Positions 32,882-43,770 of a DNA stretch of 64,000 bases are shown here, piece after piece (position 1 is the first letter of the stretch; every line of letters starts with the position of its first letter). Source of the DNA: an uncultured Hormoscilla sp. GTDB lineage: Bacteria > Cyanobacteriota > Cyanobacteriia > Cyanobacteriales > Desertifilaceae. Under the pieces are notes generated by a model, which was not told where the DNA came from, did no database searches, and saw nothing but the letters and a program-made list of their open reading frames with translations. The stretch covers positions 288,001 through 352,000 of the forward strand of contig OZ001293.3 of assembly GCA_963921275.4 (NCBI GenBank), given 5' to 3'. The position numbers and the translations under genes are program-made.

Positions 32882-34753
32882 TCAAGAGTTCGCCCTATAT
32901 AGTTCCTCAAGCCAAGCTGCTACGACTGGTGGTTTGGCTGTGAACCGGATGTAAAAACTGCCCGGTGCCGCAGGTTTTTCTAATACTTTAGCATAGATAT
33001 CTTCTCTCACATCAGTGGGAGCGTTGGGCGCGAGCAAATTCAGCTTAATATTGCTCAACCCACTGGGCAGATTTTTGGCAGCTACCGGAATGCGCTGCGC
33101 GCACGCTACGCGATCGCAGTACACCTCTGCTTCTTTAGCAGAAAGCTTAACAATCCTCCCCGACAATATGCGATCGTCAATATGCTTGCCATCCAAAACC
33201 CTGTATTGGATCTCGATTCCTGCCGTCAGGGGTTTGAATATCTCTGCTTCTGAAGACAAAAACAGGTTGTATTCCCCCCTTATACCCTCAAGTTCGTAAA
33301 TATTAATCGGTTCTTTAACCCCTTTCGGTTGTATTTGCTTTGGCCCCGAAACATTCACGCTCTCTCCCGCTGTTTTTAATGTCTGTTCTGAAATTAATAT
33401 CTGACCTCCTACTGTATAGGATTCAATCCGATATGTCAAGTTGACATTACTGCCAACTATTCCATATTTGGTGCGTTTCTCGGAACCGATATTTCCCACC
33501 ACCACTTCCCCCGTATTAATCCCAATCCCCATTTCTAGGGGCGGTAACCCCCATGCTTTCATCTTGGCGTTAACAGGTTCCATTGCCAACTGCATCTCCA
33601 CGGCACAGGCGATCGCCCTTTGATCATCGTCTACTCTGGCAGTCGGTGCCCCAAATAGCACTAATATGCCATCTCCCAGAAACTCATCGATCGTTCCTTG
33701 GTACTTAGTAATCGCATCTGCCATGTATTCAAAATAGAAATTGAGGATTTTTACCACCTCTTCGGGGGACAAGCGTTCTGATATGGTTGTAAACCCCCTC
33801 AGATCGGAAGCAAGAATAGTGACTTTCCGCTTTTCGCCCCCCAGTTTCAATCCTGAGGGACTTGACAGTAAATTTTCTACTACTTCATCGATCAAGTAAC
33901 GCCCAAAAACTTGACGAATTAGTCTGTTACTTTTTTCTAATTCTCTATTGCTGCTTGCCAAATTCGCTTCCGCATCCTTGCGATAGCTGATCGTTTCGGT
34001 GATTTTATGAAACATTTGATTGAAGGCAGAAATCACATCTCCCAATTCATCTTGGCGTTGGACTAAAGCTGAGTAAAAATTAGGCGGTTCTTCGTCTTTA
34101 CTAATAGCTTTTCCCGCCCCAATCAAGTCATTTCTCAGACGGAGAATCGGAGTAATCACGATCGGGTCTAAGGCGATCCAAGTTCCCGCCGTGACCACAA
34201 CCGAGATAATCAGTACCAGACCAGCAATCCGTAAAATAAAAGCCTTTAACTCTGGCTTGACAGAACTCGTATCGTGATGCAGAATCAAGGTGAAACCCCC
34301 CTGCATCATCTCCGGTGTCCATACCGCTTCATAGCGCTCGCCATTTTGGCTCCGCCAATTCATCTTCGATTCACTATGGACATCATCAAATGACAGCTGA
34401 GGTTCTTCACCAAAAGTACCCACCAGCGAGCCATCTGACCTGTAAAGCGCCCCGCCTACAATTATATGTTGAAGCTTCCCGATCAATCTGATCGGCTCAA
34501 GCTCATGGAGTTGTTTTACCTGCTCCAGGAATTCTTCATCATACATTTGCGGTTGGGTTATCTGCTTAATTACAGCCACCTTTCCTGCTGACACCTCTGA
34601 TATCTGCGAGAGCAACTCTTGTTCTCTTCTTAATACTGAAGGAATCAGCAGAATTGCTTCGATCGCCACCACACTGGTAAACACCCAGAACACCACCTTC
34701 CTGGACAAGCGCCCCGTACTCAGTTGCCACTTACCTTTTGTCTGAGCCGACAT
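32882..34753 (-). CDS. Membrane-bound class III adenylate/guanylate cyclase (TM-sensor-TM-HAMP-cyclase)
   Basis: VTILASDLRGFT, IDEFLGDG, GIGINTGEVVVGNIGS, KYGIVGSNVNLTYRIES. Confidence 0.93.
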   Translation of the reverse strand: MSAQTKGKWQLSTGRLSRKVVFWVFTSVVAIEAILLIPSVLRREQELLSQISEVSAGKVAVIKQITQPQMYDEEFLEQVKQLHELEPIRLIGKLQHIIVGGALYRSDGSLVGTFGEEPQLSFDDVHSESKMNWRSQNGERYEAVWTPEMMQGGFTLILHHDTSSVKPELKAFILRIAGLVLIISVVVTAGTWIALDPIVITPILRLRNDLIGAGKAISKDEEPPNFYSALVQRQDELGDVISAFNQMFHKITETISYRKDAEANLASSNRELEKSNRLIRQVFGRYLIDEVVENLLSSPSGLKLGGEKRKVTILASDLRGFTTISERLSPEEVVKILNFYFEYMADAITKYQGTIDEFLGDGILVLFGAPTARVDDDQRAIACAVEMQLAMEPVNAKMKAWGLPPLEMGIGINTGEVVVGNIGSEKRTKYGIVGSNVNLTYRIESYTVGGQILISEQTLKTAGESVNVSGPKQIQPKGVKEPINIYELEGIRGEYNLFLSSEAEIFKPLTAGIEIQYRVLDGKHIDDRILSGRIVKLSAKEAEVYCDRVACAQRIPVAAKNLPSGLSNIKLNLLAPNAPTDVREDIYAKVLEKPAAPGSFYIRFTAKPPVVAAWLEELYRANS

Positions 34754-34970
34754 TCCTTTTTCCTCCCTACTGCGCTGTGTCCTCCGGTCGGGAGATGTCT
34801 CCTGGTGAGGTATCTCCTGGGAGCGCTAGTCGCACTACCCAGGAGATACCTCGCGCTAAAAGCACTACCCAGGAGACATCGTAGGAGCACTACTCGGGAG
34901 ACACAGCCTGCACATTTTTCCCATTTTATAGCAGATCCCTTGTCAGTTGTCAATTTTTAATTTTTAATTG

Positions 34971-37524
34971 TCAATGGGGTATCCGCCGCACAGCTAGCAG
35001 GGTAATGTCGTCAAACTGATCGGCTGCCCCAGCATGTTCTAGCACAGCTTCTGAGATTTGTTCTAGCAAGGTAGTGACAGAAGGGACAGGCTGCTCTAAC
35101 ATTGACAGCAATCCTTTGGTCGTGAAAAACTCGCCCCCAGCAGCCCGGGCCTCCGGAACGCCGTCGGTGTAACCTAACAGGGTCTGTGCGATTCGTTCTA
35201 GCCTAACGTGGTCAAACACGGAACGCTAGCCCGGTTTCATTAGCCGGGAACTCTGACCGCATGGGGGTTAAATTCCCCTCCCCCCAGGTACGGGGGTGAC
35301 ACCGGTCCTCGGTGCTACGAAGCGACATCATCGTGGTGCTAAGCGAGGACTCAAATGTAGGATAACTGGCAGCCTAAGCCGGTGACGCCGCTAGGAAAGA
35401 TATCCAAGGTTAGAGCAGGCAAACATGTGCAAGCCTCGTTATAAGGAACCAGCGAAATAAGGCTATATGCGCTGGCCTAAAAAGGAAATGGTAGCTAGTA
35501 TTAGTTTTAGACTCTGGCTAATATAGTACTCAAATAGCTCCCGGGGTATAGTGTGGACCTAAAGGTATCGCGAAATGTTGTTAGGGAACGAAGTAACCTC
35601 TCGTGTGCTGTCCATCAGGACAAGTTAGATGTTAAGCGCAAGCCACGGGGGGAGGGATGGCCCAAGAAGCGAATGCCCGGGGTAATTCCTGGGATAACAT
35701 CTACAGTAATGTAGATGATGCTGGGTAGCCAGCGCTGACGTGGGTCGGTGATACTAGGAAGCTGCTGGAATGAGTAATCCTAAAAAGCCACGGAACTAAT
35801 CCGAAACGCAAGTGGAGGATAAGGTATGGATAACTGGTAAAACTGACTTGAAAATGGTGATACTAACGGTTATCAGAACAACCACTCGCTAAACCAGGAA
35901 AGGGAAGAAAAGACAGGCGGCAAGGGCTAACGGAAGTAATTCCTATTAAGTCTACCTATGAAAAGGGCCTAGTACCCAGTAGCCGGATGCGGTGAAAATC
36001 GCAAGTCCGGTTCCTCAAGGGAGGGTCGGGAAGCGATTCCCGACTCGACCCCATCCCGCCCGGTTCTAAGCGAGTCTGCTGAACCTTAAATTTCAGGTCG
36101 GGCAACATTCCCACCGCTGGTCCGGTAGATTTAAGCCGCTGTTTCACCCCTCCATTCGGGTTGACGATAAATAGATCCTCGTGTCCGCCATTAATGTAGG
36201 TGAGCAAACCGGTCGCTGGGTCCAACACACCAAAGAAGAGGGTGGCAAACATACCCAGTTCGCCGTGATTTTCAGCGATGTAGTTATTGGTCACCTTCAC
36301 AGCTTGCAAGGCATTCAGGTGAGCTAAGTTAATTGATTTCGACTCTCCAATCCAGCCGTCAGCAGGACTATTCGTCTCCAGAATACCTGATGCATTTCCT
36401 TTCAGTCGGATTTGATGAGAAAAGATCCGGATTAAGCTACGGAACAGACCCATAAACAGTGCTGCACCTACCCCTTTGTCGCAGACATCCGCAATCACTA
36501 AGCCCACATATTCATCAATCTCGAAGCTGTCGTAGAAGTCCCCTGCTACTTGACGTGCTGGTTTGAAAAAGGCGGCGATTTCCCAACCCGGTTTTTGCAT
36601 CACTTGAACCGGTTTTTCAATCACATGCACCGGCAGAAAGTTGGTCTGCATCTCCCGACCTTTGCCTAATTCTTCGTTGAGCTTTTGCGAATATTCTTCA
36701 ACTTTATTTAAGCTCCCTTGTAGGGCCGCTTCCGCCTGCTTGCGATCGCTGATTGCCTCGGTGATTTGAGCGAACATTTGATTGAAGGCAGAAATCACAT
36801 CTCCCAACTCATCTTGGCGTTGCACTGAAGCTGAGTAAAAATCTGGCGGTTCTGCGTCTTTGCCGATCGCTTCCCCCGCCCCAATCAAGTCATTTCTCAG
36901 ACGGATAATCGGAGTAATCGCGATCGGGTCTAAGGCGATCCAAGTTCCCGCCGTGACCACAACCGAGATAATCAGCACCAGACCAGCAATCCGTAAAATA
37001 AAAGCCTTTAACTCTGGCTTGACAGAACTCGTATCGTGACGCAGAATTAAAGTGTAACCCCCCTGCATCATCTCCGGTGTCCATACCGCTTCATAGCGCT
37101 CGCCATTTTGGCTCCGGAAATCCCTTACCGACTTACTATTGACATCATCAAATGACACTTCCGGTTCTTCACCAAAGGTACCCACTAGGGTACTATCCGA
37201 CTTGTAAAGCGCCCCTCCTATAATTTTATGTTGAAGCTTCCAGATCGGATTGATCGGATCCAGATCCTGAAGTTTTTTGACCTCTTTGAGGAATTCGTCA
37301 TCATACATTTGCGGTTGGATTACCTGCTTAATTACCGCCACCTTGCCTGCTGACACCTCCTGTATTTGCGATATAAACTCTTTTTCTCGTCTCAATACTG
37401 AAGGAATCAGCAGAATTGCTTCGATCGCCATCACACTGGTAAACACCCAGAACACCACCTTCCTTGACAACCGGCTTGTGGGCAGTTTGAAACCACCTTT
37501 AGCTTCAGCAGACATAACTTTCAT
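34971..37524 (-). pseudogene. TM-sensor-HAMP-SpoIIE (PP2C) phosphatase interrupted by an antisense group II intron
   Basis: VAGDFYD, IADVCDKGVGAALFM, YINGGH in 36055-37524; LGYTDG...QFDDITLL in 34971-35185. Confidence 0.88.
35186..36054 (+). ncRNA. ORF-less group II intron
   Basis: 5' GTGCG; canonical domain V agccggatgcggtgaaaatcgcaagtccggtt (35981-36012); domain VI gtcgggaagcgattcccgac ending ...ccccAT; 3' boundary uncertain by 1-2 nt. Confidence 0.9.
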
Positions 37525-37539
37525 AACTTTTTCTCCTAC

Positions 37540-37998
37540 CTACTCGATCTCCTTTTCTTCGGCATTATAGTAGCTAATACTCTGCCGATTCACCACAAAT
37601 ATATTGCGATTGCGGTCTCCCACCCGTTCGTAGATGAACTTATCCACTCCCTCGATCGCCAGATACAGTCCCAAACCCCCGATCGGTCGATCTTCTAAAG
37701 GCTTATTCAACATTTCCTCTTCCACTGTTTCAATCGGGATTAGATCGTAGGCTTCACCTGTATCTTCTATCCAGATATTTAAAGTTTTCTCCTCTATCTT
37801 TGCCTGCAATTCTACATCTCCTTCCATTCCCGCTTCCTCATACCCGTGAGTAATGATATTGGTTGCGATTTCATCTACTGCTAGCCGCAGTTTATAGGAT
37901 GCTTTTTTGTCCAATCCTGCTGATGACGCAGCTGCCATCACGTATTTGGCGATCGCACTTAAAGACTCCAGCTTTCCAGATACTTTCAAACTTTCCAT
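37540..37998 (-). CDS. RsbW/SpoIIAB-like anti-sigma factor Ser/Thr kinase
   Basis: LRLAVDEIATNII.HGY, IEDTG, RPIGGLGLYL. Confidence 0.92.
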   Translation of the reverse strand: MESLKVSGKLESLSAIAKYVMAAASSAGLDKKASYKLRLAVDEIATNIITHGYEEAGMEGDVELQAKIEEKTLNIWIEDTGEAYDLIPIETVEEEMLNKPLEDRPIGGLGLYLAIEGVDKFIYERVGDRNRNIFVVNRQSISYYNAEEKEIE

Positions 37999-38071
37999 AA
38001 GGATCGCCTCCTTTTTAATTCAGACTTTTACCTTAATTTTATGGACTATATCCCCCAAGCATTTGATTCAA

Positions 38072-38269
38072 TTATTGTCTGTAAAATGACCGATAGCGAT
38101 GCACCGCTAGCATGGTAATGTCATCAAACTGTGGCGCCTTATCAATATAAGCAAATAAACTGCTTTTGACGCGCTCCAATAATTCAGATGCTGATGCTGG
38201 CTGAAGAAGAAGTTCGCGCAGTCGCTTGTCAGTAAATAACTTCCCATCAGGGGATTTAGCATCAGTCAC
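38072..38269 (-). pseudogene. C-terminal remnant of a SpoIIE/IcfG-like phosphatase
   Basis: VTDAKSPDG..F...RL...PQFDDITMLAV only. Confidence 0.75.
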
Positions 38270-38523
38270 GTGGGTCAGCGAACCTTTTTTCGCGATCTAA
38301 GAGGCTCAATTCCTCTGCCCCTATCGTTCCATCCACCTGCGAGCAACTATTTATGGCATTTCTCAAAACCCGTGCGCTCTATTGTCAAATCGCTGAAACA
38401 CTTACGCTGTCCGCAATTTACCTCATTTCATCAATCTCAAATCATATCGCATCTATCTGAGAAACGCTATCTGCTTGCTAATTGCTAATTATTCTTCTCC
38501 TTTCTCCTTTCTCCTTATATCAT

Positions 38524-38805
38524 TCAAAAACTTGACTGAATAATACCGCCTTCTACACGTTGGGCAGCACCATTTATCGCTGAAGCATTTGCCGCCGTTC
38601 CTGCAGCTGTTCCCACATCCGCAACGATGCCGACAACTTCACCCTGCTGACTTAGTTCCTTGACTGTCTCCTCTACTGTTTCCGAGAAGCGACCATTGAC
38701 AAATACTTTCGCACCTTCCCGGAGAAAAGCCCTAGCTGTTGCTTTGCCAATTCCTGCTGTTGACTCCGTGACCAGTACGCTTTTTGAAGCCAAACCTAAA
38801 TCCAT
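38524..38805 (-). pseudogene. SDR oxidoreductase with large internal deletion
   Basis: N-terminal VLVT.STAGIGKA joined directly to C-terminal ASAINGAAQRVEGG. Confidence 0.75.
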
Positions 38806-38829
38806 AATTTTACCCTCCCTTCGATCTTT

Positions 38830-39171
38830 CTACAGGTTTTCTATCTGTTCCGTGTCATACTCATCTATAATATAAACGCTCCGATCGAAGCCCGTCTTCT
38901 TAATAGTATCCAGCACCATCTCCTGAACCCCTACCAGATATATGTCTACAGATGTCCCCATCTTTTGCTTGGAGAAGATCAGCACCCGCAGACCGGCGCT
39001 GGCCATATACTCTAGGTCTTGCATTAGCAAAACCAGGCGTTGAGGTTTTGCTGCTGCTGCTGCTTCTACCTTCGCCTTGAACGCTGGTGCTGTTGCACCA
39101 TCCAGTTCTCCTGATAAAGTTATTTTCGCGATGCCGCTGCTTGTTGTTTCTAGATTTGCGTCAAAAGCCAT
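38830..39171 (-). CDS. STAS anti-anti-sigma factor
   Basis: LSGELDG, LEYMASAGLRVL. Confidence 0.92.
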   Translation of the reverse strand: MAFDANLETTSSGIAKITLSGELDGATAPAFKAKVEAAAAAKPQRLVLLMQDLEYMASAGLRVLIFSKQKMGTSVDIYLVGVQEMVLDTIKKTGFDRSVYIIDEYDTEQIENL

Positions 39172-39223
39172 AATCTTCTGCTATTTCTTTTGTTTGTAGT
39201 AAGCGCTTTACCGCTTCTTAGGG

Positions 39224-41344
39224 CTACTTGCCCACGAGGATGACCACAGATCGATCGCCCAGCAGGAGTTTGTGCTGTTCTGACAGCACCGGTTCCGTAC
39301 CCGGTTGCCAACTGGCTTCTCCTGGGGGGGCACCTGTGTTAGCGAAGACATGCCACTGCATCCCGTCTGGCAATCCTGGGATTTCAAACCAGTGAGCTTG
39401 ATAGTGCATATTCATCGCCACATAGATGTAATTATCCTGTACTGTCCCTTCTTTAGCATGTTTCCCACATAGCATAAAGGCTAGGGTCTTGCTGTCGGAA
39501 GACCAGTCCGCGTTCCATGCCTGGGTGCCATGCCAGGTAATATCAGCATAGCCGCTGCCGACGTAGTTTCGATTCTGGAAATGATAGCGATTTCTCAGCA
39601 CTGGGTAGGCTTTGCGGAAGGCTATGCAGTGCTTGACAAAGTTAAATATGTCTACATTTTTCTTGACATAGCTCCAGTCTAGCCAGTTCAGCTCGTTATC
39701 GTGGCAATAGGTATTGTTATTGCCATGCTTGGTGCGCCCCATCTCATCTCCCATCAGCATCATCGCCACCCCCTGACTCACCATCAACATGGCGATCGCA
39801 TTCTTTATCTGCCGGTGCCGCAACGCATTGATGCCCGCATCTTCCGTCGGCCCTTCCCAACCGCAGTTCCAACTATCATTATCATTACTACCGTCATTAT
39901 TGTTTTCGCCGTTGGCTTCATTATGCTTGCCGTTATACGAAACCATATCCATCAGCGTAAAACCGTCGTGGGCCGTAATGAAATTTATCGATGTTGCCGG
40001 TGCCCTTCCGGCCCAAGCATAGAGGTCTGGGGAACCTTGCAAGCGCTGGGCCATATCCCCTACCGTCCCATCTCCCTTCAGGAACTTGCGGATGCCATCC
40101 CGATACTTGCCATTCCACTCCGCCCAGCGTCCGAAGGCGGGAAAAGAACCCACCTGGTAAAGTCCACCCGCATCCCATGCTTCCGCAATCAGTTTACACT
40201 TGGCTAAGATCGGGTCAAAAGCTAGCGTTTCTAACAGCGGTGGGTTAGCTAGGGGTGCGCTCCAAGGATCCCGTCCTAGGATCGATGCCAGGTCAAAACG
40301 AAAGCCATCAATGTGATATTCACTCGCCCAGTAGCGCAGGCAATCTAGTACGATATTCCGGACGATCGGGTTATTGCAGTTGAGAGTATTGCCACAGCCC
40401 GAGAAGTTATAGTAGTATCCTTCGGGCGTCAGCATATAGTAGGTTTTGTTGTCAATGCCTCGGAAAGATATATAGGGACCATTTTCATTGCCTTCCGCCG
40501 TGTGATTGAACACCACATCCAGAATCACTTCTATCCCGTTTTTGTGCAATTCTTTGACTAGGTTTTTCAGTTCGTCCACTTGCATCCCTAGCTTTCCCGT
40601 CGCCGCGTACCCTGCCTTGGGGGCAAAGAAACCTACCGTACTGTATCCCCAGTAGTTGTAAAGCGTTTCCCCCGTTTCCGGGTTGGGGCGGGAATTTTCA
40701 AACTCGTCAAATTCATATATGGGCATCAGTTCTACAGCATTGACGCCCAACTCCTTCAGGTAGGCAATTTTGTCCCGCAGTCCTGCAAATGTGCCTTGAT
40801 GATTCTCTTTGACCCCTGAAGATGGGTGGCGGGTAAAGCTGCGGACGTGCATCTCATATATTATCATATCCTCCGGCGGTATTTCCAGAGGCCGATCGTT
40901 CTGCCAGTCGAAATCATCGAAGGCTATTCTGGCCCGATGATGGTAAATGTTATTCCAGTCTGGCGTTACTCCCCAAACATCCCGACCCCCGATAATCTTG
41001 GCGTAGGGGTCCATGAGAATTTTGCTTTTGTCAAACCATTGACCTTCATGAAAATTATTCGGCCCATTCATTCTATAGCCGTATTCGATATTTTCGTAAT
41101 CTAGATCGAATACCACCATGCAGTACACATTTCCGATCCGGAATTCCTCGGGAAATGGTATTTCTGCCATTGGTGCTTCCGCCTGCTTCTTAAACAGCAC
41201 TAATGTACAGGATGTGGCATGGCTTGAGAAAATCGAGAAGTTAATGCCCGACGGCACTATTGTCGCACCAAAAGGAAATGGCTTCCCACAGCGCAGTTTG
41301 TACTCCCCGTAATTATGTGTCGGATGAATGTCTATTCTTTCCAT
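39224..41344 (-). CDS. glgX: Glycogen debranching enzyme / isoamylase
   Basis: NYWGYST, ILDVVFNHTAEG, DGFRFDLAS, LIAEAWD, NFITAHDGFTL. Confidence 0.96.
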   Translation of the reverse strand: MERIDIHPTHNYGEYKLRCGKPFPFGATIVPSGINFSIFSSHATSCTLVLFKKQAEAPMAEIPFPEEFRIGNVYCMVVFDLDYENIEYGYRMNGPNNFHEGQWFDKSKILMDPYAKIIGGRDVWGVTPDWNNIYHHRARIAFDDFDWQNDRPLEIPPEDMIIYEMHVRSFTRHPSSGVKENHQGTFAGLRDKIAYLKELGVNAVELMPIYEFDEFENSRPNPETGETLYNYWGYSTVGFFAPKAGYAATGKLGMQVDELKNLVKELHKNGIEVILDVVFNHTAEGNENGPYISFRGIDNKTYYMLTPEGYYYNFSGCGNTLNCNNPIVRNIVLDCLRYWASEYHIDGFRFDLASILGRDPWSAPLANPPLLETLAFDPILAKCKLIAEAWDAGGLYQVGSFPAFGRWAEWNGKYRDGIRKFLKGDGTVGDMAQRLQGSPDLYAWAGRAPATSINFITAHDGFTLMDMVSYNGKHNEANGENNNDGSNDNDSWNCGWEGPTEDAGINALRHRQIKNAIAMLMVSQGVAMMLMGDEMGRTKHGNNNTYCHDNELNWLDWSYVKKNVDIFNFVKHCIAFRKAYPVLRNRYHFQNRNYVGSGYADITWHGTQAWNADWSSDSKTLAFMLCGKHAKEGTVQDNYIYVAMNMHYQAHWFEIPGLPDGMQWHVFANTGAPPGEASWQPGTEPVLSEQHKLLLGDRSVVILVGK

Positions 41345-41374
41345 TATCTGTCTTGCTTCTCAATTCTCTCTTCC

Positions 41375-41716
41375 TTAGCTTTTGAGTGCTGTCAACCCTG
41401 CATCTACTGTCTCGCTAATTGTGAAAAAGTCCAGAAATCCCGTTACGGACATGGTGTCTTGCAACTCTTCCGACAGCCCCACCAGTACCAGTTTTCCTTC
41501 TTTCCCTTGGGTCTGCCGGTACATACACAGCAGCATCCGCAAGCCTGCACTGGACATGTACTGCACCTGTTTCATATCCATAAGAATCTTACTCCCGGGC
41601 TCAGCTAGGGGTAAAATTTGCTTTTGCACCTCCGGCGCCGTGCTAGCATCTACGTCACCACTCAGTTCTACTACCTTTATCCCTTCAACTGTCTTAATCT
41701 CGATCTCTATTGCCAT
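41375..41716 (-). CDS. STAS anti-anti-sigma factor
   Basis: LSGDVDASTAP, YMSSAGLRML. Confidence 0.92.
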   Translation of the reverse strand: MAIEIEIKTVEGIKVVELSGDVDASTAPEVQKQILPLAEPGSKILMDMKQVQYMSSAGLRMLLCMYRQTQGKEGKLVLVGLSEELQDTMSVTGFLDFFTISETVDAGLTALKS

Positions 41717-41772
41717 GATTCTGCGCTTGACTATTACTCTTGCGATCATGGATGAGCCATGACCGCTACTGC

Positions 41773-41947
41773 AAACGGTAAACGCTTTAGCGTTTACTAC
41801 AAACCGCAAACGGCAAACGCTTTAGCGTTTACTACAAACCGCAAACGGCAAACGCTTTAGCGTTTACTACAAACCGCAAACGGCAAACGCTTTAGCGTTT
41901 ACTACAAACCGCAAACGGCAAACGCTTTAGCGTTTACTACAAACCGA
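41773..41947. repeat. Five tandem 35-bp REP-like units
   Basis: aaacggcaaacgctttagcgtttactacaaaccgc x5 with no spacers. Confidence 0.92.
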
Positions 41948-41950
41948 CGA

Positions 41951-43770
41951 TTAAACGGGGACAATCTCCACCTTGACTTTAACCCTTTCCTTGCTATCGG
42001 GCAACTTGACTGTCAAGACATCGGCGTCGAAGTCCCTGTAGGCTTTGCCATCTATTTCACAGGAGCCAATTTTGATGCTTCCTGCTGGCAGAATATCCGG
42101 CGACACCCGCAGGATCTTGTCTGGGAACCCTCCTGGTATCGGTTTGAAGTAAAAGGTCATCGGCTGTTTGGTTATCAGCAGGTTGGTATACACTGCCGCT
42201 AGATAGCACAACTCGGTGGAGTGATAACCACTCATGGAGTGAGAACCTTTGCCTCGTTCGTTTCCACCGGCGAGGAAGGGAATGCCGTTGGCCAAAACGT
42301 TGAAGTACACCCCGCCATCTTCTGTATCCAGGAACCAGGCATTGTAAAAAGCCGCTGATTCCCGAGCTAAACGGTGATATTTTGCGTTTTTCAGGGAGCC
42401 CGCTAGGATGTAGTAGGCCAGGATTCCCTGTTCTTGCTGCCACCAAGCTTTGCGATCGTGCCATACATGGCGGTAATGGCTTTGGCCTTCCCCCAGAAGC
42501 CGCTCCACTACATCATACCACCCGCCGCGCTGTTGGTCGCTCCCTGTAGCTGGCATGATCTCTGCTATTTTTTTCGCCAGGTTGACATACTTATCTTTGG
42601 GTTTCAGATGCTGCATCCGCATCAAGTTCCAGGCGATCTTCAGGTTGTGACCGACTACGGCTCGGTTTTGCTGCCACCCCCAGGTCTGGTCGGGACTCCA
42701 GTCCTGGTAAAACCTCTCATTCACAAAGGGACTGTTGTCGTAATCTGGAAAACGCCGTTCGATCGTGTCAAAGGTGTACTCCAGCATATCAGCGTATTGC
42801 TGCTTCCCAGTAGCCAACCACAGGTTAATCAGATAAGCTGGGGCATGGTCGCCCACGGAGTTCCAATTCTTTGTCCCCTTGTTGCGACCCAAGGACTCGC
42901 TGAGGGGGTCTAGCATCACCGGATCCAGATGGGAGAAGTACCCCCCATATTCGCTTTTGTCGAGAAAAAACTCCTGAAATAGCTCGATCGTCTTCTCCGT
43001 GTCCTCCATGATCTGGGGATCCCCAGTGACGCGATAGGTTTGGATCGGACCTGCTAGGGCGTATATTTGCTCGTAGGCGGGGATAGCGTCATAGTCATCC
43101 CCGAACTCTGAGGCGAAGATTTTCTGTTCCCGTTCTCCCTGCACGTCTATGCCGTGATACCAATAGACGATGTCTTCGTCTAGGTCCACAAACCGCATAT
43201 GTTCCCGCAGGTATTCGGTGCCTTTTTCCGCTGCTTCCAGGAACTTGTCTTCCCCCGTCATCATGAAAGCACTGGCAAACCCATAGACTAGGCGCGATAT
43301 CGTGTCCGTTTCTTGGCGAAAATTATCCATTGACCTGGCCCCTGAAAGACTCAGGTTGGTCCGATATTTCCGGTAGTCTATCTCTTCTTCGCCAAACTGG
43401 GCTTGCAGGTAAAACTTGGCTAGCGATCGCACCTGATCGATCCACCAAGAAGGTTTCTCGAAAATGTAATCATCTGCTGTGCGCCCCACGAACACAATTT
43501 GTCTGGCTTCAAATATGGGACTATCCGGGTAAAACACCCCATACACAAATAGATACCTACCCGGGACCAGCATCGATCGCATTTGTCCGGTGGCATCTGG
43601 GTAGGCTTCATCTAGATTCTGGATCAATTTAGCATAGGCTGTTGCCCCTATTTTTGCTTGGAACTCTCGACCATCAGATGTTTTGATGCCAAAATTTTCC
43701 GTCTGGGAGTCGTACTGCTGGGTAACGTACCCAGCGATCAGATCCGAAAAAGAAAATTCTACATTGCTAT
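41951..43770 (-). CDS. AGE-family (N-acylglucosamine 2-epimerase-like) protein; frame open upstream of 43627 without a start codon
   Basis: QETDTISRLVYG, KNWNSVGDHAPAY, VVGHNLKIAWN, KAWWQQEQ, KGSHSMSGYHS; open frame extends to SNVEFSFSDLIAGYV at about 43770. Confidence 0.85.

Noticed and set aside
41773..41947. Possible CRISPR array (35-bp repeats)
   Set aside because: Units are directly adjacent with no spacers and no cas genes; REP-like tandem repeat
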